Origin: Trichlorobacter lovleyi SZ
GTDB taxonomy: Bacteria > Desulfobacterota > Desulfuromonadia > Geobacterales > Pseudopelobacteraceae
Direction: 5' to 3'
DNA length: 32,000 nt
Assembly: GCF_000020385.1 (NCBI RefSeq)
Contig: NC_010815.1
Location: 30,001-62,000, forward strand
Numbering within the stretch: position 1 is the first letter of the stretch; each line of letters starts with the position of its first letter. Both the position numbers and the translations under genes were made by a program. The notes beneath the pieces are model-generated. The model did no database searches. It was not told the origin of the DNA and worked only from the letters and a program-made list of their open reading frames with translations. Positions 16,210 through 25,020 of this stretch are shown piece after piece.

Positions 16210-17446
16210 GCTATCGTCTCAGGATCACCTGCAGGTCTATCTTGATGATCCTGCCTTTGGCCCTCTCAACAACATCGGTACACTTACCCGCGGTGATCGT
16301 GGCAGTATCCGGTTTAGTTACAACCGGTTGTGGCTTGATCAGGCTCACGCCTTCCCCCTTGATCCTGAACTGGATCTCTCCGCTGGAGAATTTTACCCAC
16401 AAGGCTCAAACTTCGGTGTTTTCATGGACTCTTGCCCGGATCGGTGGGGCAGTGTCCTTATGCAGCGCCGTGAGGATGTTGAAGCAAAACTTGGTGGGCG
16501 TTCCCGTCGGGCTTTGGGTACGTGGGATTATCTTATTGGTGTGCAGGATTGTACCAGGATGGGTGCTCTACGCTTTAAACGGCCTCAGGATGAAGCATTT
16601 CTGGCTTCTGAGGATTTATCTGCTCCGCCTGTCACCCGTTTGGCTGAGTTACAGCAGATAGCCTTTGAGATAACCAACAAGAAGCTACCAGACCTTGGCC
16701 GCTTGCGTGAATGGCTAAGAGTGCTTGTTGCGCCTGGGGCTTCTCTTGGTGGCGCCAGGCCAAAGGCTAATATTATAGAAAACGATGGCAGCCTCTGGAT
16801 AGCCAAATTCCCGGCACGTGATGATTCTGAGGACATCGGCGCTTATGAGAAGCTGATCCATGACCTTGCGCGCGAGAGCGGCATTGATGTTCCTGAATCG
16901 CGTCTTGTGAGGGTAGGGGATGGCTACCATACATTCATGGTGAAGCGATTCGACCGAGAGCTGGACAGCCGACGTTTTTTCTCATCAGCAATGCCGCTGT
17001 TGCGCAGAACTGACTCTGAAGACGCCAGCTACCTTGAACTGGCTGAGTTTATCGCTAACTACGGTCATATTGATCATATTGAAGACGATCTGGAAGAACT
17101 GTTCCGCCGTGTCGTATTCAACGTTGTTGTGGGCAACAGGGATGACCATCTTCGTAATCACGGATTTATCCGCATTCCGGCCGGGTGGCGGCTGGCGCCG
17201 GCATTTGATATCAACCCTTCTACCAGTAAGGATGAGCATGTCCTGGCACTGGATGCCTATTCCAGACAACCAGACCTGGATGTAGTGATCTCAACTGCTG
17301 ATCTCTATCGTCTCAGTCCTCAAAAAGCGAAGCAGATCATCCAGCAGGTCTGTGATGTTGTGAGTGGCTGGCGGACAAAAGCCAAGCGTATGGGATTATC
17401 TGCTCAGGATTGCCTAGTGCTGGAACAGTGTCTGCTGGTTTCTTGA
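16202..17446 (+). CDS. hipA: HipA-family kinase toxin 2
   Basis: I chose the start MAKLSSQDHL (ATG 16202). Motifs GASLGGARPKANI and GNRDDHLRNHGFI. It is clearly diverged from HipA 1. Confidence 0.85.
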   Translation: MAKLSSQDHLQVYLDDPAFGPLNNIGTLTRGDRGSIRFSYNRLWLDQAHAFPLDPELDLSAGEFYPQGSNFGVFMDSCPDRWGSVLMQRREDVEAKLGGRSRRALGTWDYLIGVQDCTRMGALRFKRPQDEAFLASEDLSAPPVTRLAELQQIAFEITNKKLPDLGRLREWLRVLVAPGASLGGARPKANIIENDGSLWIAKFPARDDSEDIGAYEKLIHDLARESGIDVPESRLVRVGDGYHTFMVKRFDRELDSRRFFSSAMPLLRRTDSEDASYLELAEFIANYGHIDHIEDDLEELFRRVVFNVVVGNRDDHLRNHGFIRIPAGWRLAPAFDINPSTSKDEHVLALDAYSRQPDLDVVISTADLYRLSPQKAKQIIQQVCDVVSGWRTKAKRMGLSAQDCLVLEQCLLVS

Positions 17447-17465
17447 AGCAGGGTAGGGGAGTCGT

Positions 17466-17720
17466 ATGGTTACAGACAAGCGATTCAGCGACTATGGTGT
17501 TTGCGAACTGGCAAAGATAGAACCATCCCTGAATCAGAAACGTTACTACGGCATCTCAATCCAGCCAGGCCTGTTTGAAATCATCCTGCACCGGCAATGG
17601 GGTAGGTTAGGGTGCCGGCCACGTTCCATGGATGAATATTTTAACAGCATAGAGCTGGCAGTGGCAAAAGCAAACAGCCTGTATGGGGCAAAGACCCGCA
17701 AAGGGTACAGAGAGGTTTAA
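17466..17720 (+). CDS. Small stand-alone WGR-domain protein
   Basis: 84 aa. KRYYGISIQPGLFEIILHRQWGRLGCRPRSMDEYF...AKTRKGYREV follows the WGR-domain pattern (aromatic-Y, LFG-like, WGR-hydrophobic-G, K-x-GY). AGGGGAG SD. It starts 19 nt after the hipA2 stop. Confidence 0.7.
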   Translation: MVTDKRFSDYGVCELAKIEPSLNQKRYYGISIQPGLFEIILHRQWGRLGCRPRSMDEYFNSIELAVAKANSLYGAKTRKGYREV

Positions 17721-18421
17721 ACAGGTTGGACAGGGGCATCTGCCCATGGTTCATTCCCGCGTAAAATGTTTTCTGTGCCAGGTGTGCTGTAATGAGTAGC
17801 ATCCAAAGTCCTGTTGGCCCGTTTATCGTATTTGCCTGCAATACTGGCAAGGCCGTTATTTTTCAAAGCATCTGTGTAATGCCCCACCATATTTGAAAAA
17901 TCAGACTGTAGTTTTTCATTTTTCTTGACGAGACCATCAATCTCAACAATGTATGCAGATCTTTTTGCTGCAAAATCTGATTCAAGTTTGGCAACGAGTT
18001 TTGCGTAATGCTCTTCCAGATCAAGTTCTTTGTGGACAATCGCATCGTATTTTTCTTTGGCTGCGGCATACAAGGACTCAGCATCCATACGTAATTTAAA
18101 GCAGGTTTTCTCATTATCCTTGCGGAATTCTGCAACGCTGGTGTGAGCGTCACACTTAATTTCTTCAGCCCTTTCCCGGGCACGGTTGATTTCATCTTCA
18201 GCAATTTCCTTAGAATTATTTTGGAACCAGAAATACGACCAAATGACGAAGGAAAGGCCTAACGATACAAAGATAATCACAATAATTGTTGGAAAAGCTT
18301 TGTTAAAAGAATGTGCAACAAAATCTAAGGTCGTAGCATCTGGATGTGTAGCCGTTTTATAAATATATGTAGAGAGATAAAGGCCAATAACACCGGTAAC
18401 GAGTCCTTTAAAAAATTGCAT
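17717..18421 (-). CDS. Hypothetical membrane protein: two N-terminal TM helices plus a long coiled-coil (operon gene 3)
   Basis: 234 aa. The hydrophobic segments are GLVTGVIGLYLSTYIY and FPTIIVIIFVSLGLSFVIWSYFWF. The rest is rich in charged heptad-like sequence. GGGAGGA SD sits inside the upstream gene, and the ATG directly follows the upstream stop. Confidence 0.6.
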   Translation of the reverse strand: MQFFKGLVTGVIGLYLSTYIYKTATHPDATTLDFVAHSFNKAFPTIIVIIFVSLGLSFVIWSYFWFQNNSKEIAEDEINRARERAEEIKCDAHTSVAEFRKDNEKTCFKLRMDAESLYAAAKEKYDAIVHKELDLEEHYAKLVAKLESDFAAKRSAYIVEIDGLVKKNEKLQSDFSNMVGHYTDALKNNGLASIAGKYDKRANRTLDATHYSTPGTENILRGNEPWADAPVQPV

Positions 18422-18931
18422 TTAGTTCTGTCCTCCCTTCTCAGCAGTCAGCTCAATAAAACAATTACGTAAATATCCAAAAGTGAAGTTTTTCTTGTGA
18501 TGAATTCGGATGTAATCAGCTATCTGACGCCAGCTTAATCCCTGGGATTTGAGGGCGGCGATCTCCTCATAGAATCTGATACGAATCAGTTCCTTTTTGG
18601 GAGCTGATTTTACTCTTTTCTGAGCCTTTAATCGTTCAATTCTAAGCTGCGTAATTTGAATAGACTCTTTATCATTTAACGACTTTTTTTGCGTGTGAGC
18701 TGTCTCAGTCCAATGCATTTTGTTTAAAGCCAATATCAGCATTGCATAGTAAAATTCGTGCCGATATTGTTTATCGTATCTATCGCGGTGTTGGTTTGCA
18801 AGGTCACCTTGCAGCCTAATCGCCTCAATTTTGATTGTTTCTCCCTGAGTCGAGAACCAGTCAAAAAGAGATTGCCGTTTTTGCCGGGTAATACCGCTTA
18901 AGTTGTCGATATACTTTTGAGTGATACTCAT
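18422..18931 (-). CDS. Hypothetical protein with a C-terminal HTH-like segment (operon gene 2)
   Basis: 169 aa. KELIRIRFYEEIAALKSQGLSWRQIADYIRIHHKKNFTFGYLRNCF resembles resolvase/IS-type HTH modules. ATGA overlap with gene 1. Confidence 0.55.
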   Translation of the reverse strand: MSITQKYIDNLSGITRQKRQSLFDWFSTQGETIKIEAIRLQGDLANQHRDRYDKQYRHEFYYAMLILALNKMHWTETAHTQKKSLNDKESIQITQLRIERLKAQKRVKSAPKKELIRIRFYEEIAALKSQGLSWRQIADYIRIHHKKNFTFGYLRNCFIELTAEKGGQN

Positions 18932-19152
18932 GGTTTATCGTGTTTCAATACCTCAGCACATATAGGAGATGACTCAATGACCGCTTTAATGCCATCTGCA
19001 AAAATTGTGTCAAAATTATAGCCGTTATTCTTGATGAACGATAGTACAAATGCAGACACTTTGCGGTTGAGAACTTCTTTTTGTTTCCTTTCTTCGTTGC
19101 GCGCTTTTTGCAGTAGTTTTTCTGCCTTTTCTCTTAACTTTACTGGATCCAT
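18928..19152 (-). CDS. Small hypothetical protein, Lys/Glu-rich N-terminal helix (operon gene 1)
   Basis: I chose the start MDPVKLREKAEKLLQKAR (ATG 19152-19150), with AGAAAGGA upstream. 74 aa. I recognise no family. Confidence 0.45.
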   Translation of the reverse strand: MDPVKLREKAEKLLQKARNEERKQKEVLNRKVSAFVLSFIKNNGYNFDTIFADGIKAVIESSPICAEVLKHDKP

Positions 19153-19329
19153 TTGATATCCTTTCTTGTGCTTTATTTTGTATAAATTACACGTATAATA
19201 TACAAAATTCAAATGAAATAACATGTACTGTTAAATCAGTATGTTATAAAGTTTAAAAAAAGAAGCCTAAAGCGATATATTAAAGGGTAAAGACAAAATC
19301 AAAAGCTTGACATCTAAATAAAAACAATC

Positions 19330-19349
19330 TACAGAATAATTATTCTGTA
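19330..19349. repeat. Perfect 20-bp palindrome TACAGAATAATTATTCTGTA
   Basis: Self-complementary by inspection. It lies about 18 nt downstream of a TTGACA hexamer (19306-19311) and about 250 bp upstream of the recombinase gene at 19597. Confidence 0.75.
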
Positions 19350-19596
19350 ACATTGGACCCAACCAAACAAATGGGCGGCGCTTTCAGCCTCTCTCGCCGT
19401 TAACCTAGCAGAGGTTTAAGGCTAATGCTCCAGGCCTTTTGTCGCAAGGCAATAAAAGGAGTGAATGCTGTAGTTCCAGTTGTTATGGGGCTCGGCAAGA
19501 GCATACCGCTTTTGCTCAAAAATAAAGCGTTGGGTTCAAGCATGTTTCCCTGGCTAAGGGGCAAAATAAATTTTAGCCGTCAGAGAGTGGAAAGAT

Positions 19597-20532
19597 ATGA
19601 GAGGTTCAGTTGCATATCAGGTGCAATCTGTTTACGAGTATGTATCCGAGATCGGAACATCGAAACATGAACAGAAGTCTGTAGCTCGTAGCAATGGTGC
19701 AAAAACGTGGCATCAGATAGGCAAGCATCTTGGTGTTATGTCCTATTCAACCGGTGATGCCTATCGTGATGTTTGGCGGCAGGTACTTAAATTTGCAAAA
19801 GAGCAGTTTGGAATAAAAGATATTGAAAAGCTTTCAGGCTCACACCTGAAGGCTTTTTTATTGAAGAAAATAGATGGTGGTGTTGCCCACGCCACTCATG
19901 CTCAATATGCAGCAGCTTGTGAAAAACTTGAAGTTGCATTAAACAGGCTTGCTCAGATCAATAAAACAGAGCATGTGTATGAATTCTCAGCAAGTATAAA
20001 AGAAGCCCGCAGTGAGGCAAGTTCACTGAAACGTTTTGAAGGCTCACGAGCCTATGTAAATCCTGATAGTCTTGTGCAGTCAGTTGATTCAGATATTTTT
20101 CAACTAGCAGCCGCAATCCAGCGAGAAAGCGGAGCAAGGATCAGTGAGGCTAATCATATAAATAAGGAGCAGCTAAGGGGTATTAGAAGAGATATATATA
20201 GCGGTAAGGAAAAGGGTTGGATTCACGTTGAAGGGAAAGGTGGGAAAAAACGCGAAATTGCGGTTTCTCTTACTACATATACTCGGTTACAACAAATTCT
20301 TTCTAACGGCAGATTTGAATTTGATAAAGACGCGTATCGTAACGCCCTTGAAAAGGCAGCAGAACTGACGGGTCAATCTTATGAAGGCAGTCATGGGCTA
20401 CGGTGGTCATGGGCACAGGAGCGGCATGCCATCCTGCAACAACATTGTCTGACCTATGAACAGACACTTTCGCGAATTTCCCAAGAGATGGGGCACGAAC
20501 GAGGAGATATAACGGAGCACTATCTGCGTTAA
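19597..20532 (+). CDS. Divergent tyrosine recombinase / integrase-family protein
   Basis: 311 aa. It carries the catalytic signature in order: GARISEA (Arg), EGKGGKKREI (Lys), SHGLRWSWA (His-x-x-Arg), and MGHERGDITEHYLR (His...Tyr). The N-terminal SKHEQK...SYSTGDAYRD pattern resembles plasmid/prophage integrase N-domains. Confidence 0.75.
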   Translation: MRGSVAYQVQSVYEYVSEIGTSKHEQKSVARSNGAKTWHQIGKHLGVMSYSTGDAYRDVWRQVLKFAKEQFGIKDIEKLSGSHLKAFLLKKIDGGVAHATHAQYAAACEKLEVALNRLAQINKTEHVYEFSASIKEARSEASSLKRFEGSRAYVNPDSLVQSVDSDIFQLAAAIQRESGARISEANHINKEQLRGIRRDIYSGKEKGWIHVEGKGGKKREIAVSLTTYTRLQQILSNGRFEFDKDAYRNALEKAAELTGQSYEGSHGLRWSWAQERHAILQQHCLTYEQTLSRISQEMGHERGDITEHYLR

Positions 20533-20549
20533 ACAATCACTTAGTCTGG

Positions 20550-21563
20550 CTACGGCTTAACCGGTATCTGCTGAGTATACCTTGCTTTTCCCCGTTCCTG
20601 TACATGGCTGTATTTTGCCGCCATGGCAATGCTGGCATGGCGTAGCGTTTCCTGCACAACCTTCACATCCCTGGTGGCTTGATAGAGCAGGGCGCCACAG
20701 GTATGCCGTAAGGCGTGACACCCTCGGCCTTTCTTGGTTATTCCTGCCTTGGCCAACATCGTATCAATCCACTTTGATAGTCCGATCCGGGTAATCCTTC
20801 CCCGTACCTTGTCTCCTTTGGACAGAGAAACAAAGATCGGCTCTCCGTCCTTGTCGGACTGTACTGGCCCGCGCTGGATCAGGTAGTTCTGGATACAGGC
20901 AACCGTATCTTCTCGTGGGTAGATGTAGCCATCCTTCCCTTTGCCATGCACCAGGATCCGGACACCAGAGTCGGTCTCTTCGATGTCCTCCAGATTGGCC
21001 CGGCAGATCTCAATCCGGCGTAGACCTTCCAGGGTCATCAGTGCTGCCATGGCGCGGTCACGTAGACTTTTGAGCTTGTGGTCGTGGGGGATAGCCTCGA
21101 AGAACCGTTCCGTTTCACCGGCAGTCAGGCACTTGATGATCTCGGCATCAGCTGTCCGCTTGCGGGGAGCCTTAACCCCATTGACTGGGTTGGCCTCCAG
21201 TAGCCCCCGTGAGACGGCGCCATCATAGAAACGTCTGACCGTGGTCAGTTTCAGGCTGATCGTCGCATGAGCGGCTCCGCTCTGCACCAACTCCTGACGG
21301 AACGCCTTGAGGTGGGTTGTCGTGGCGTGACCCGGATCGATATTGTTTACCCGACACCAGTTCAGCCAGTGATTGAGATGGGAGATGTAGGTCGCAATGG
21401 TGTCAGGTCGGGCATCGCCGTTGGCCACGTCCAGGGCGAACCATTCGGCAGCTTGGTCGATCAGATCCGGAACATCTGCTGCTACCGGCAGGATTTCATG
21501 GACAACTGCCGGAAGACCGGCTTCAAAATCTTCGATCTGAGGCGTTTTGGGGTTTTGGGCCAT
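20550..21563 (-). CDS. XerC/XerD-like tyrosine recombinase
   Basis: 337 aa. N-terminal SAM-like core-binding domain (TIATYISHLNHWLNW...ATISLKLTTVRRFY), and a catalytic domain with LEGLRRIEICR, HGKGKDG, HALRHTCG and LRHASIAMAAKYSHV. Confidence 0.9.
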   Translation of the reverse strand: MAQNPKTPQIEDFEAGLPAVVHEILPVAADVPDLIDQAAEWFALDVANGDARPDTIATYISHLNHWLNWCRVNNIDPGHATTTHLKAFRQELVQSGAAHATISLKLTTVRRFYDGAVSRGLLEANPVNGVKAPRKRTADAEIIKCLTAGETERFFEAIPHDHKLKSLRDRAMAALMTLEGLRRIEICRANLEDIEETDSGVRILVHGKGKDGYIYPREDTVACIQNYLIQRGPVQSDKDGEPIFVSLSKGDKVRGRITRIGLSKWIDTMLAKAGITKKGRGCHALRHTCGALLYQATRDVKVVQETLRHASIAMAAKYSHVQERGKARYTQQIPVKP

Positions 21564-21577
21564 ACCTTAGGTACCCC

Positions 21578-21808
21578 CTAAATTGTGACCTGAAAATGTT
21601 TTACGCCGATTTGAGATAAAAACGAGGCAACTTCGTCCAGAGAGTCAAACTGCAGCGGCTGATCATTTTCAGGTAAGGTGACCGGTCCGGCATAGTCGCC
21701 ATTTGCATGTTGGACGCCAACCCCGTAGCAGTTGCTATGCAGATGTCGGGCGATGATAGTCAGCTCTTCATTGTTTAGAATCAATTTTTGTATTTCGGCA
21801 CCGGTCAA
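21578..21808 (-). CDS. Small hypothetical protein upstream of, and co-oriented with, the XerC/D-like recombinase
   Basis: 76 aa. TTG start preceded by AGGAGGA. It ends 14 nt before the recombinase ATG. I recognise no family. Confidence 0.4.
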   Translation of the reverse strand: MTGAEIQKLILNNEELTIIARHLHSNCYGVGVQHANGDYAGPVTLPENDQPLQFDSLDEVASFLSQIGVKHFQVTI

Positions 21809-22062
21809 GCTGAATTTCCTCCTGTAGGATCTCTTTAGGAGGTTTATACCACACTTTGCTAATTTAGTATATATAAGGGTAATTATGTATATTAAAAAAC
21901 AAACAAAAAGTGGTCAATCCACTGTTGTTAACTGTGTGCCATTATCTACTGCCATTCATTCGAAGGCCCAATGACCCGGTAGCTGCATATCTGGCCATCT
22001 GTTGATAAGAGCTAAATCGTGATACTTTGCAGACTCTTTTAAATGATAATGGGGAGTCTGCC

Positions 22063-24987
22063 ATGAAAAAAGTTTGGGATACTGATGAATTGGCTACACA
22101 TTGGTGCTTAACGTTTGAAGATCACCACCTTTTAAAAAACAAATTGCTCAAAAACCATCTTGGGTTTTCGATCCAGCTTAAGCATTTTCAGTATAGCGGA
22201 AAATTTTTACATACCCATTCTGATATCTCAACCCCTCCCCTTGAGCATGTGGCTGAACAGCTCAATGTTTCAGTTTCTGATTTTGAATCATACGATTTCA
22301 ATAGTCGCACCGGGCGACGGCATTGCATTGAAATCCTGAACTATCTCGGAATCCAGCGCCTGACCTCGACAGACAAGGACGCTTTTTCTGATTGGCTTCG
22401 ACAAGAAATTTTCCACCAAGGGACGACTATTTCTGAGGCCATTGAGTTGGCTTATGATTGGTTCAAAAAACAGAAAGTTGAATACCCCACTGAGGCCGTA
22501 TTGGAGCGCCTTGTCCGATCTGCCTTTTATCGCTACGAACAAGAATTTTTCAACCAGATCATCCGTGAACTACGACCTTCAGCTAAAGACAAGATGGATC
22601 ATTGCCTTGAGAATGTTGAAAGAGGTATCGAATTTGGTCGTTTGAAAGCTGATCCAGGCCGCGTCGGTCTGGAGAGTGTCTTGGCTGAAGTTGAAAAACT
22701 CCATTTCATACAGTCTCTTGACCTTCCACAGGGTCTCTTTCAAACCTGTAACATTAAAGCCTTAACGCACTACTATCAACGGGTCAGCAGTGAAAGTGCC
22801 TGGAGGGTCAAGGAACACCCGCCTGAAATCAGATATGCCCTGCTGGGGGTTTTTCTCTTTTTCCGGCAGCGAGAAATCATAGATGGTCTGATTGAACTCT
22901 TCATCCAGATTGTTCACCGCCTCACAGTTAAAGCTGAACGGAAATTGATCAAGGAGTTGCTAAGTGATTTCCGGAAAGTCCATGGAAAGAGCACCCTCCT
23001 GTTTAGAATTGCAGAGGCGGCACTCTTAAATCCTGAGGGGCGGGTGAAGGATGTCGTCTACCCTGTTGCTGGGGAGAATGTGCTGCAAAATCTGCTCAAA
23101 GAGTTCAAATCTTCCGGCCCTGGCTACAGACAGCAGGTTCATAAAATCATTCGTTCCTCTTATGGCAACCATTATCGGCGCATGGTTCCGAAAATCCTTG
23201 AAGCTCTTTCCTTCTGCTCAGGCAATACGCAGCATCGACCTGTGCTGGAAGCGCTGGAATGGATTCAACATAACCGTGACAACTCTCAACGTTTTATCCC
23301 GCTGGACGAGGGTATTCCGATAGACGGTGTTATTCGCAAGCAAGATCAAGAAGTGGTACTCGAAGAGGATGCTCAAGGTAGAGAGCGAATCAACCGTATC
23401 AACTATGAAATCTGTGTCCTCCAGGCTTTGCGTGACAAACTTCGCTGTAAAGAAATCTGGGTGATGGGCGCTGACAAGTTTCGTAACCCAGACGAGGATC
23501 TACCAGCCGACTTTGAGGACAAACGCGAGGATTATTACCTCGATCTTGGCCATTCGACAGACAGCTCAGAGTTCATCGAGAAAATTCAGGAACGGATGCG
23601 CTCGGCTCTTACCGAGCTTGACGAGGGCATTCCGAGAAATCAGAAGGTTCGGCTTCTCAATAGAGGTAAGAAGAACATATCCATCACGCCTTTCGAAGCC
23701 CAAGAAGAACCGCCAAGCCTTACCGCGTTGAAACGGGAAATCGCTGGTCGGTGGCCAATGACCAGTTTGCTCGATGTGCTCAAAGAAGCGGATTTGCGAG
23801 TTGGCTTTACCGATCATTTCAAGACTGTTGCTGATCGAGAGATTCTTGATCGGCAAAGTCTGCAACGGCGGTTGTTGCTCTGTCTTTATGGGATGGGAAC
23901 CAATACTGGTCTAAAGCGGGTCAGCGGCAACCGTCACGGAATCAGCTATAAGGAGCTGCTGCATGTCAGGCGACGCTACGTTCACAAGGCTGCCCTCCGG
24001 AATGCTATCGGCCAAGTCGCCAATGCCATTTTCAGCATACGCAACGCCGATGTCTGGGGAGAGGGTTCAACTTCTTGTGCTTCCGACTCAAAGAAATTCG
24101 GCTCTTGGGATCAGAACCTGATGACGGAATGGCATATCCGCTACGGTGGTCGCGGAGTCATGATCTACTGGCACGTCGAAAAGAAATCGACCTGCATCTA
24201 TTCTCAATTGAAGCGCTGCTCTTCCTCGGAAGTTGCCGCCATGATCGAGGGTGTCTTGCGGCACTGTACAGACATGACGATAGATCGGCAGTATGTTGAT
24301 AGTCACGGGCAAAGCGAGGTGGCTTTTGCTTTCTGCCATCTGCTTGGCTTTGATCTCCTGCCGAGATTGAAGGCGATTGCCACACAGAAACTCTACCGTC
24401 CTGACGGTGACGCAACCGAGGCCTTTCCGAACCTGGAAAGGATCATGACCCGCCCGATCAATTGGGAGCTGATCAGCCAGCAGTATGATGAGATGGTCAA
24501 GTACGCCACCGCACTGAAACAGGGAACCGCCAACCCGGAAGCCATACTACGACGATTTACCCGCAACAATATTCAGCATCCGACCTACCGGGCGCTCTCC
24601 GAACTCGGTAAAGCAGTGAAGACGATATTCTTATGTCGCTATCTCGGCTCGGAAGCCTTGCGGCAGGAAATTAACGAAGGTTTGAATGTCGTTGAGAATT
24701 GGAACAGCGCCAATTCTTTCATCTTCTACGGTAAGGGCGGCGAAGTCGCCACCAATCGTTTGGAGGACCAGGAGTTGTCAGTCTTGGCCCTGCACCTGCT
24801 GCAGATCTGCTTGGTCTATGTCAATACGCTTATGATTCAGCAGGTTCTGACCGAACCGGCTTGGCATTCGCGGATGAAGCAAGAGGACTACCGTGCTCTG
24901 TCGCCACTGATTTACAACCACATCAATCCATACGGCATCTTTGAGCTGGATATGGATTTGCGGTTGCCGATTGAGTTAGTTGCTTAG
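22063..24987 (+). CDS. tnpA: Tn3-family DDE transposase (TnpA)
   Basis: About 974 aa from [14 protein letters not shown] (GGGGAG SD upstream). It has the N-terminal DUF4158-type region and the large C-terminal Tn3 DDE domain ([15 protein letters not shown]...[10 protein letters not shown]...[14 protein letters not shown]). Its stop TAG lies inside an IR-like sequence, as in classical Tn3 elements. Confidence 0.9.
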   Translation: MKKVWDTDELATHWCLTFEDHHLLKNKLLKNHLGFSIQLKHFQYSGKFLHTHSDISTPPLEHVAEQLNVSVSDFESYDFNSRTGRRHCIEILNYLGIQRLTSTDKDAFSDWLRQEIFHQGTTISEAIELAYDWFKKQKVEYPTEAVLERLVRSAFYRYEQEFFNQIIRELRPSAKDKMDHCLENVERGIEFGRLKADPGRVGLESVLAEVEKLHFIQSLDLPQGLFQTCNIKALTHYYQRVSSESAWRVKEHPPEIRYALLGVFLFFRQREIIDGLIELFIQIVHRLTVKAERKLIKELLSDFRKVHGKSTLLFRIAEAALLNPEGRVKDVVYPVAGENVLQNLLKEFKSSGPGYRQQVHKIIRSSYGNHYRRMVPKILEALSFCSGNTQHRPVLEALEWIQHNRDNSQRFIPLDEGIPIDGVIRKQDQEVVLEEDAQGRERINRINYEICVLQALRDKLRCKEIWVMGADKFRNPDEDLPADFEDKREDYYLDLGHSTDSSEFIEKIQERMRSALTELDEGIPRNQKVRLLNRGKKNISITPFEAQEEPPSLTALKREIAGRWPMTSLLDVLKEADLRVGFTDHFKTVADREILDRQSLQRRLLLCLYGMGTNTGLKRVSGNRHGISYKELLHVRRRYVHKAALRNAIGQVANAIFSIRNADVWGEGSTSCASDSKKFGSWDQNLMTEWHIRYGGRGVMIYWHVEKKSTCIYSQLKRCSSSEVAAMIEGVLRHCTDMTIDRQYVDSHGQSEVAFAFCHLLGFDLLPRLKAIATQKLYRPDGDATEAFPNLERIMTRPINWELISQQYDEMVKYATALKQGTANPEAILRRFTRNNIQHPTYRALSELGKAVKTIFLCRYLGSEALRQEINEGLNVVENWNSANSFIFYGKGGEVATNRLEDQELSVLALHLLQICLVYVNTLMIQQVLTEPAWHSRMKQEDYRALSPLIYNHINPYGIFELDMDLRLPIELVA

Positions 24988-25020
24988 CGTAGTTTTTCGT
25001 ACCGATGGGCTTCACTTGCT
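24983..25020. repeat. Tn3-family terminal inverted-repeat-like sequence (right end), lacking the terminal GGGG
   Basis: The complement reads AGCAAGTGAAGCCCATCGGTACGAAAAACTACGCTAAG. Aligned by hand to the Tn3 38-bp IR as I remember it (GGGGTCTGACGCTCAGTGGAACGAAAACTCACGTTAAG), it matches at 24/38 positions. The matches are concentrated in the inner 32 bp and the outer 6 bp differ. Confidence 0.5.

Noticed and set aside
19425-19670. 81-aa ORF upstream of and overlapping the recombinase start
   Set aside because: It has no SD and no recognisable fold, and it overlaps the recombinase ATG region. I treated it as leader sequence, although a small regulatory peptide cannot be excluded.
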